From contig CAVSBL010000002.1 in assembly GCA_963726255.1 (NCBI GenBank), positions 1,472,001-1,536,000 on the forward strand: 64,000 bases of DNA, given 5' to 3'. Position 1 is the stretch's first letter. Every line of letters starts with the position of its first letter. This DNA comes from Candidatus Bathyarchaeota archaeon (lineage in GTDB: Archaea; Thermoproteota; Bathyarchaeia; 40CM-2-53-6). Made by a program: the position numbers and the translations under genes. Positions 58,065-64,000 of the stretch are shown piece by piece. The notes under the pieces are model-generated. The model was not told the origin of the DNA. It searched no databases and saw only the letters and a list, made by a program, of their open reading frames with translations.

Positions 58065-60593
58065 TTATGCGTTTAACGCGGCGAGCGCCTTCAATGAAAT
58101 AGCCTCAACCTTTCGGTAGATACTCGATTGACTCGCCACCTGTCCCCCAACTTTCAGCAGGTCTTCGACACGGACACCGAATAGTCTTTGGTTTTCCTGA
58201 AGGTACGGTAGGATTACGTTCCAGTCAGTTGCTCCAACGGAAGTTAATTGGCCCCCATTCAGCTGATCTGCGCCAACTTTTCCTGAAGGGTCTCTCACGT
58301 AGATTGCCCCGCCAGAAGCTAAAGAGAAGAGGTTGCTGCCTGGATACGGAGTTTCAAGTTCATAGATTTGGCCGTCATCCCCGAATTTCATTCCATTGAC
58401 GATTATGAATCCGCCTCCGTTGAGGGGGTCGCCGGCCATGAAGGACTCGGCTAGGTAATCGAGGCATGTGCCATTTATGACAACGCGCGGGCGACCGACT
58501 GCATTGATGAGAGGTCTCCCAGCGGCATTTCCTAAGACGTATACGTCGCCGCCTTTTGCGGCGTACATGAACGTCTGCCCAACATCCCCGTAGATAACCA
58601 GTTTTCCGGCCTTCATTATCTGGGCAACTTGGTCCTGCGCTGACGTGTGCACGTAGATTTCGGCCCCATCAAGCCCCGACCCCAAGTAATCTCCTGGGTT
58701 GCCGAACACATCGATTCGAAAACCATCGGAATGCTCACCCAACCCCGCGCCACAGAACCGCTGTCCACGCCAATCAAAAGACAAAACATGCTTCCAATTT
58801 TGTTTGTAGGCAGTTACGATCATGGCTGAAGCTGAACCCTCACCTTCCGCCGCGAAGTCAGCTACGTCAAGCAGCAACGTTTCTTCGCTACCCGTGGGGG
58901 CTCGTAGCTTATGCTTGTTCGTTGAGCTCACTAACACCCAATTCGAGTCATACGTGTCGGAGATCAATGGAAACTTCCGAAGGATTTTGAAAAGCGATGA
59001 TTCCGCGTTTGCCTGTATTTTCCCTTCTTTCGCATATGGAATCAAGTGAAGGTTGTCTAGCAGCCAGGTCAGAAATTCCACAGCTTTCACTTTCTCTCCA
59101 TAACTTCTCTCCGCTGCCTGCTCCAAGTTCGCGCACAGAGCTTCGACGGTCTCTAATCCTGATCGAGCAGCTAACGCTTCTGTGAGAAGTGTTGGAGCCA
59201 GCCTCAAAGTCGCGTCTACGATGTCACGCGCTGGCTTCTTAGCTGGGACGGAAATCTCGACTCCGAATTTGTTAACACATTTCAATTCAGGTGTCCCGGC
59301 TGATCGGTCGACTGTGAAGATGAAGGCGCCGCCGTCTGTGTAGCTTCCCCCTCTCGCGTTCCAGTAGAGGTCAGCTTTGGCCCCGAAACGCGGATCCTCT
59401 GCGGCTAGGCTCTTTAGGCAGGCGTCTATGGCTTGGCGTTCCGAAGCGATTAGACCGATCTTGGCCGCACCGTCCTGTAATGCAAAGACTTGGGGGCGGA
59501 GCATTGACGTGTCGGTTATGCCCAGTAGGTGAAGGGTGCGGCCCGCGTCTTCACTTCGGCCGACTATGAAGAACCATGGCCCGTCTGGTGAGCCATGGAT
59601 GTGTGAAGCCTGAACCTCCCGGTACAGCCGCCGTTTGTCTTCGGGAAGCATGTAGAGGTCACGTTCCGTCGTAGGCGCCATGGCTTCGATCAAGACCTCC
59701 ATCGGGTATCCGTACACCCTTCTCCACAAGTCGAACAGGTAGACCGCGACCTCGGTGTCGGTTAGGAAGAGGGGGTAGATTTTCCGTTGAGCTAGATACT
59801 CTGCGATTGAATGGTAATTCGAAAAGTCCCCGTTGTGCACCAAGGCCTCATGAAGCCCTACGAATGGGTGTGCGCCTCCGGGGTGCCAGACTTTGCCTTT
59901 CGTTGGGTACCGGTGGTGCCCGATCCAAATGTGCGCTTCAAAATCTTCCAGCTTGTAGTAACGTATGACCTGATCTCCCCACCCAACTATCTTCAGAACG
60001 ATCATGTCCTTGCCGTGGGAAAGGACGAAAGCTTTCTTCTCGCCTAGGGACGCGTAGAACTTCTTGTTCAAAGCGTAGCTGTTTTGATAGATGAATTCGT
60101 CCTCGGCAAGTTGACGATCCAGCAGGTCGCTCCGTTGCATGAATTGGCCGAGCACATCTTCCTTCACCCTGCAGAAGTAGCGGCGGACTGCAGGTGGCTT
60201 CACCTGCAAATCGGGGAGGGTTGTGTAGTCGGGTATGGTCTCAAGCCAATTTGCGGCTTCGACGTTGAGAAACGGGTGAATGAATTCCTCTTCAACCGCT
60301 TCACTTGCCGAAGAGTCTAGGTAGGCGATTTGAATTAGGTAATCCTCCTCAAGAATACGCTTAGTTACGCCTAGGCGTTCTGGTGAGAGGCCTAGGGCAG
60401 CTATTCCTCCGCCCTTTCCGTTGCCGCGGTTTTTCATTTGAAGGAGGGCTTGGAGGAAGTGTTTGCCGGCGATGGGTTCTGAGCAGGCGGCGCCGACTAC
60501 GCCGCATCCGCCTTCAGCCTCGACCTTCCGACCGAGGTTCATTCCCTCAACTAGTCTCGACCGGGATTGGATGATGCTCGCAGCTGGATGCAT
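58065..60593 (-). CDS. Glutamate synthase subunit: class II glutamine amidotransferase fused to GXGXG domain
   Basis: GGCGVVG (N-terminal nucleophile Cys), HHRYPT, HPF and HNGD motifs; C-terminal GNPGDYLG / GDVGQTF / GNAAGR repeats. Confidence 0.85.
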   Translation of the reverse strand: MHPAASIIQSRSRLVEGMNLGRKVEAEGGCGVVGAACSEPIAGKHFLQALLQMKNRGNGKGGGIAALGLSPERLGVTKRILEEDYLIQIAYLDSSASEAVEEEFIHPFLNVEAANWLETIPDYTTLPDLQVKPPAVRRYFCRVKEDVLGQFMQRSDLLDRQLAEDEFIYQNSYALNKKFYASLGEKKAFVLSHGKDMIVLKIVGWGDQVIRYYKLEDFEAHIWIGHHRYPTKGKVWHPGGAHPFVGLHEALVHNGDFSNYHSIAEYLAQRKIYPLFLTDTEVAVYLFDLWRRVYGYPMEVLIEAMAPTTERDLYMLPEDKRRLYREVQASHIHGSPDGPWFFIVGRSEDAGRTLHLLGITDTSMLRPQVFALQDGAAKIGLIASERQAIDACLKSLAAEDPRFGAKADLYWNARGGSYTDGGAFIFTVDRSAGTPELKCVNKFGVEISVPAKKPARDIVDATLRLAPTLLTEALAARSGLETVEALCANLEQAAERSYGEKVKAVEFLTWLLDNLHLIPYAKEGKIQANAESSLFKILRKFPLISDTYDSNWVLVSSTNKHKLRAPTGSEETLLLDVADFAAEGEGSASAMIVTAYKQNWKHVLSFDWRGQRFCGAGLGEHSDGFRIDVFGNPGDYLGSGLDGAEIYVHTSAQDQVAQIMKAGKLVIYGDVGQTFMYAAKGGDVYVLGNAAGRPLINAVGRPRVVINGTCLDYLAESFMAGDPLNGGGFIIVNGMKFGDDGQIYELETPYPGSNLFSLASGGAIYVRDPSGKVGADQLNGGQLTSVGATDWNVILPYLQENQRLFGVRVEDLLKVGGQVASQSSIYRKVEAISLKALAALNA

Positions 60594-60598
60594 TTTGT

Positions 60599-61861
60599 TC
60601 ACCTGTAAAGCAAGAGGTCCGTCCTTCCCCTCAATTCCTTGATTGAGCGTAACCCAAGGCTTGCCAAGATTGTTCTCCACTGCTGGGACCATGAAGTGTA
60701 GAGGTTTACGATTCTTTGCGCGCCCCATTGCGGCTCAATGAGCAGAGTGAGCTCAGGGTCGGTTGTTGTGATTCCTACTTGGCATCCCCTTCCACGTTCG
60801 CAGTTGCCGCAATGCGTGCAACCGACTGCCACAGTTTCAGCCGTCCCAATCACGCAGCCGTCCGCTCCGAGGGCAATGGCTTTGGCCACATCGTATGCTG
60901 TTCTAATTCCGCCGCTCGCCATCACCGTGAGCTCGTCCCTTACTCCTTCCGCGACTAGGTAGCGGTGAACCTTCGGAATCGCATACTCTATGGGCATGGC
61001 AATGTTCTTCTTGGCAATCTCTGGTGCCGCGCCCGTCCCCCCGTAGCCCCCATCGAGGTGCAAGATGTTTGCATCTGCGTAGTAGCTACCAATGGCGACC
61101 ATGTCAACATCGGATGGAGTCGAAACCTTCACAGACACCAAACACTTGGGGTTGACAGCACGAATCCAGTCGACATGCTTCTTGTGGTCTTCAACTGAGT
61201 AGACACTGTGAAAGGGAAACGGGGAATAAAGCGAGGTGAAGGGCATTGATTCCCTCATGCTCGCCACTTCTGACGTCACCTTATCAGCGAGCAAGTGGCC
61301 GCCTAAGCCCGGCTTCGCCCCTTGGGCATACTTGAACTCAACAACCCTCGCCGCCTGAATCGTCTCTTCGCGCACCCCGAACATCCCGGTCGCAACCTGC
61401 GTGATCACATAATCCTTGTACTCCATGAGCGGGGGCGGGTAGCCCCCCTCACCCGTGGATGTGAAGGTGCCCAATCGTTTCGCGGCGATAGCCCTAGCGA
61501 GCATAAAGTTGAGGCTAACCGAACCGAACGACATACCGCCGCCGTAGATGGGTATGGGGATTGTAATCTTGGGGCCGAAGTTCCGGCGGTTCAACCCAAT
61601 CGAGAGGTCATAGTCCTCGTCCCCAAGCCCTGAGTGGTTTTTGATGTTCTTGAAGTCTAGTCGATCGAAACCGCCGCCTGATTTCCCTACCTTGTACTCG
61701 AGCTGGCTGGGAGGTTTGCCGGTGGTGGCTTGTTCGTAGGTTGCGAATATCAGCCCCGAGGTCCATCTCTTGTTTCCAAGCCCGCCTGGGATACCGTGTC
61801 TAAGCGTTGGTAGAACGTTGAGCCCGTGGTGGATTAGTTTTGTATGCTTCTGAACGATCAT
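60599..61861 (-). CDS. Glutamate synthase FMN-binding subunit
   Basis: GMSFGS, TGEGG, QVATG.FG, KYAQGAKPGLGGHL, DGGYGGTGAA, SGGIR and the Cys cluster CTHCGNC...C. Confidence 0.9.
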   Translation of the reverse strand: MIVQKHTKLIHHGLNVLPTLRHGIPGGLGNKRWTSGLIFATYEQATTGKPPSQLEYKVGKSGGGFDRLDFKNIKNHSGLGDEDYDLSIGLNRRNFGPKITIPIPIYGGGMSFGSVSLNFMLARAIAAKRLGTFTSTGEGGYPPPLMEYKDYVITQVATGMFGVREETIQAARVVEFKYAQGAKPGLGGHLLADKVTSEVASMRESMPFTSLYSPFPFHSVYSVEDHKKHVDWIRAVNPKCLVSVKVSTPSDVDMVAIGSYYADANILHLDGGYGGTGAAPEIAKKNIAMPIEYAIPKVHRYLVAEGVRDELTVMASGGIRTAYDVAKAIALGADGCVIGTAETVAVGCTHCGNCERGRGCQVGITTTDPELTLLIEPQWGAQRIVNLYTSWSQQWRTILASLGLRSIKELRGRTDLLLYR

Positions 61862-61862
61862 T

Positions 61863-63446
61863 TCACGTTGCGCGTTCAATATCGGCAAACGCCTCCTTTT
61901 CCAAATCCTCGTTGAACATCGCCCGGCCCACGTCACCCCTCAACCGTCTGACGTCACGCATTCCCATAGCGCTCAAAATCTCGATGAGTTGGTCATGCCA
62001 AGAAGCGAATAGGTTAACCAGCCGCTGTTCACCCCATTCCACGTCAAACTTCTCCGAGGTGATGCGGCCAGTTTCAGGGGACCTGCACTCGGTCAGAAAT
62101 TGGGCTTGAAGGGCGACGAGGACGGTTGTATCGATGGCCACGAGGTCGGCACCGCAGATTATTGCCTTAGGGACATGTTCTGCCAGCGTTATTCCGCCAC
62201 TCGCGATTAAGGTAACTTCGTCTCGCAGAGATTCTTTCACAAGTTTACCGTGCACGGAACGGAGAAGGTCTCCTACGAACATTGGGTTCTCCTCGTCCCA
62301 CCCTTTGCCGTGGTAGTCTGCGAAGAAGTGAATTATGTCGACACCAGCCCGAACCAAGCCCACAGCCGTCTCCGGCGAATCATTTGACAGTGGGACACGG
62401 ACTGAAATCGGAGCTCTAGGGTTGATTTCTCTAATTCTATCAACCGCGCCGGGCTCATATTCTGTTAGCTCGATCGCTTGCGCTGCAAGTACCGAATCAC
62501 GGTCTCCGTTAGTGCTTGCAGGTGAAATCAAGGGGACTAGTCGCCTCCGGTGTGAGCTGAAGAATTCTTGAGCTTGGCTTGGCGCTGCGATGAATAGGGT
62601 GCCTGTTTTTGCAGCCGCGCCAGCGACTGATTGTATTATGGATTGGCTGCTTAGGTTTGGTGGCAGGTAGTCGAAGATTATTGGTAATGAGACTTCGACG
62701 GTGCTTGTTGACAGGTCGGGTTTCTGGTTGAAGAAATCTAGGAATTTTTGTTTACGTCCCATGTCGACGATGGTGGAGATGTATTCCCTGCCGTAGACTC
62801 CGTCGCGGGTGGGCCGGACTATCTCTGACATGTCGGTCCACATTGAATCCCAGCCTGGGCCGGCAAAAGCTCCCTTGTACCCCATACCCTTGATGGGAAT
62901 CTTTCCGGTCTCGGCCTCGTACGAGACCGTAGCTATTGGCGACCCGCTCGCGGTAGCCGGATCCTCGGGGATCCAATAGGAGTCAGCGAACCTGAAGAAT
63001 TCCGGGTTACGGTCGACCGTGCAGAAGCTTGGATACTCCTGAACGCACCTCATGCAACCTGTGCATTTTTCTCGTAGAGGATGAAAACCGCCGAACCGGC
63101 TGCCAAATACTCCGTAAATGCAAGGCCTAGTCATAAGGGCGGCGCGGTATTCCTTTCGCCTTAACTTGAAGCCGTAGTCGAACACTTCTCGAAGCAACAA
63201 GCGTGCAAGCCCGACTTTCCCCACTCTCGGATAGAACGGATGAGGTTGCTCGCAGCGCGGTGGCGCTGGACTGACCTCAATCTTGTAGCGCACGTATGCA
63301 CCCGGTTTCTCTGCTTTTACGACCGGCTCAGAGTCTACGCTGTTGGCTTGCTCTAGCAATTGTAGCGCTCCATCGCTGTAGTGAACTATAGAGCCGCAGG
63401 GAATGCGTTGAACAAATATATCCGTATGGGCCGAATCGATAGACAA
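61863..63446 (-). CDS. Glutamate synthase-related protein: Fe-S motif plus degenerate FMN barrel (start uncertain)
   Basis: CIYGV...CTGCMRC, RDEVTLIASGGI, KAIICGAD and MGMRDVRRLRG; lacks the QGAKPG motif. Confidence 0.78.
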   Translation of the reverse strand: MSIDSAHTDIFVQRIPCGSIVHYSDGALQLLEQANSVDSEPVVKAEKPGAYVRYKIEVSPAPPRCEQPHPFYPRVGKVGLARLLLREVFDYGFKLRRKEYRAALMTRPCIYGVFGSRFGGFHPLREKCTGCMRCVQEYPSFCTVDRNPEFFRFADSYWIPEDPATASGSPIATVSYEAETGKIPIKGMGYKGAFAGPGWDSMWTDMSEIVRPTRDGVYGREYISTIVDMGRKQKFLDFFNQKPDLSTSTVEVSLPIIFDYLPPNLSSQSIIQSVAGAAAKTGTLFIAAPSQAQEFFSSHRRRLVPLISPASTNGDRDSVLAAQAIELTEYEPGAVDRIREINPRAPISVRVPLSNDSPETAVGLVRAGVDIIHFFADYHGKGWDEENPMFVGDLLRSVHGKLVKESLRDEVTLIASGGITLAEHVPKAIICGADLVAIDTTVLVALQAQFLTECRSPETGRITSEKFDVEWGEQRLVNLFASWHDQLIEILSAMGMRDVRRLRGDVGRAMFNEDLEKEAFADIERAT

Positions 63447-63492
63447 ATGTACCTCGAATAGGCAGCATTATAGATGAACGCGCATAAAATGG

Positions 63493-63963
63493 GTGTCGAA
63501 GTTGTCTTCTGTTGAACGTTTGCGCATCGATGACGTTGACCGAAAGATATTGAGTGAGCTTCTTCGCGATTGCAGGCGGTCATACCGGTCGCTCGCTCGT
63601 CGGGCCGGTATCTCTGTGGGGACCGTTCTCAGCCGCATTCGCAGACTGGAGAAGGCTGGGATCATCAAAGGCTACTCAGCCCTGCTCGATCATGAAAAGC
63701 TAGGTTACCAGCTCACCGTCATAGCGGAAATCACCGTGTTGAAAGGAAAGTTGCTTGAGATGGAGGAGGCGATTGGGAAACTCTCCAACACTTGCGCCGT
63801 GTATGATGTTACGGGGCTCACGGATGCCCTTGTGATAGCGAAGTTCCATTCTCGAGAAGAACTGAGTAAGTTCACGAAGAACCTTCTGAGCATGCCCTTC
63901 GTGGACCGAACCAACACTCACGTTGTCCTAACGACGATTAAGGAAGATTTACGGCTCCTCTAG
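63493..63963 (+). CDS. Lrp/AsnC family transcriptional regulator
   Basis: DDVDRKILSEL HTH, RIRRLEKAGIIKGY and YDVTG motifs; divergent from the glutamate synthase genes. Confidence 0.93.
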   Translation: MSKLSSVERLRIDDVDRKILSELLRDCRRSYRSLARRAGISVGTVLSRIRRLEKAGIIKGYSALLDHEKLGYQLTVIAEITVLKGKLLEMEEAIGKLSNTCAVYDVTGLTDALVIAKFHSREELSKFTKNLLSMPFVDRTNTHVVLTTIKEDLRLL

Positions 63964-64000
63964 CTCCGCCAGGTTGTTTAGGGATTTGGCTTACGCGTTG

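Noticed and set aside
60594-60728. N-terminal extension of the GATase subunit
   Set aside because: Overlaps the upstream gene; ATG 60593 just after that gene's stop is the better start.
1-64000. CRISPR array, rRNA, complete tRNA, transposase or integrase
   Set aside because: No regularly spaced repeat-spacer array, no full cloverleaf and no recognisable recombinase motifs were seen by eye. Short or intron-containing RNAs could have been missed.

Overview
Archaeal chromosomal DNA. Evidence: an A-type ATP synthase, frequent GTG/TTG starts, GGAGGTGA ribosome-binding sites, oligo-T terminators and a thiolase/DUF35 pair. The gene content suggests a TACK lineage such as Bathyarchaeia, which is an inference. 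No rRNA, complete tRNA, CRISPR array, transposase or integrase was recognised. Main blocks: (1) 1-9.6 kb, three paralogous APC permeases with DUF1989, an orphan nucleotidyltransferase-fold protein, an LLM oxidoreductase, a metallophosphoesterase and an amidinotransferase; (2) 9.8-18.3 kb, a complete A1Ao ATP synthase split into two convergent units (I-K versus F-H-E-A-B-D-C); (3) 24-43 kb, an apparent hydroxyproline-utilisation region (Liv-type ABC importer, cis-3-hydroxyproline dehydratase-like enzyme, mu-crystallin-family reductase, P5C dehydrogenase, glycyl-radical HypD plus activase, two YbaK/ProX tRNA-editing proteins); (4) 43-58 kb, enolase, a 14-repeat surface protein, a SWIB-like/zinc-ribbon protein, a Cys-less thiolase/DUF35 pair and a local repeat family (GCGCACCACTA) with a tRNA-3'-like fragment; (5) 58-64 kb, a three-gene glutamate synthase with a divergent Lrp. 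Four single-base frameshifts in otherwise intact genes look like long-read assembly errors. All family calls come from motif recognition by eye, not database searches.
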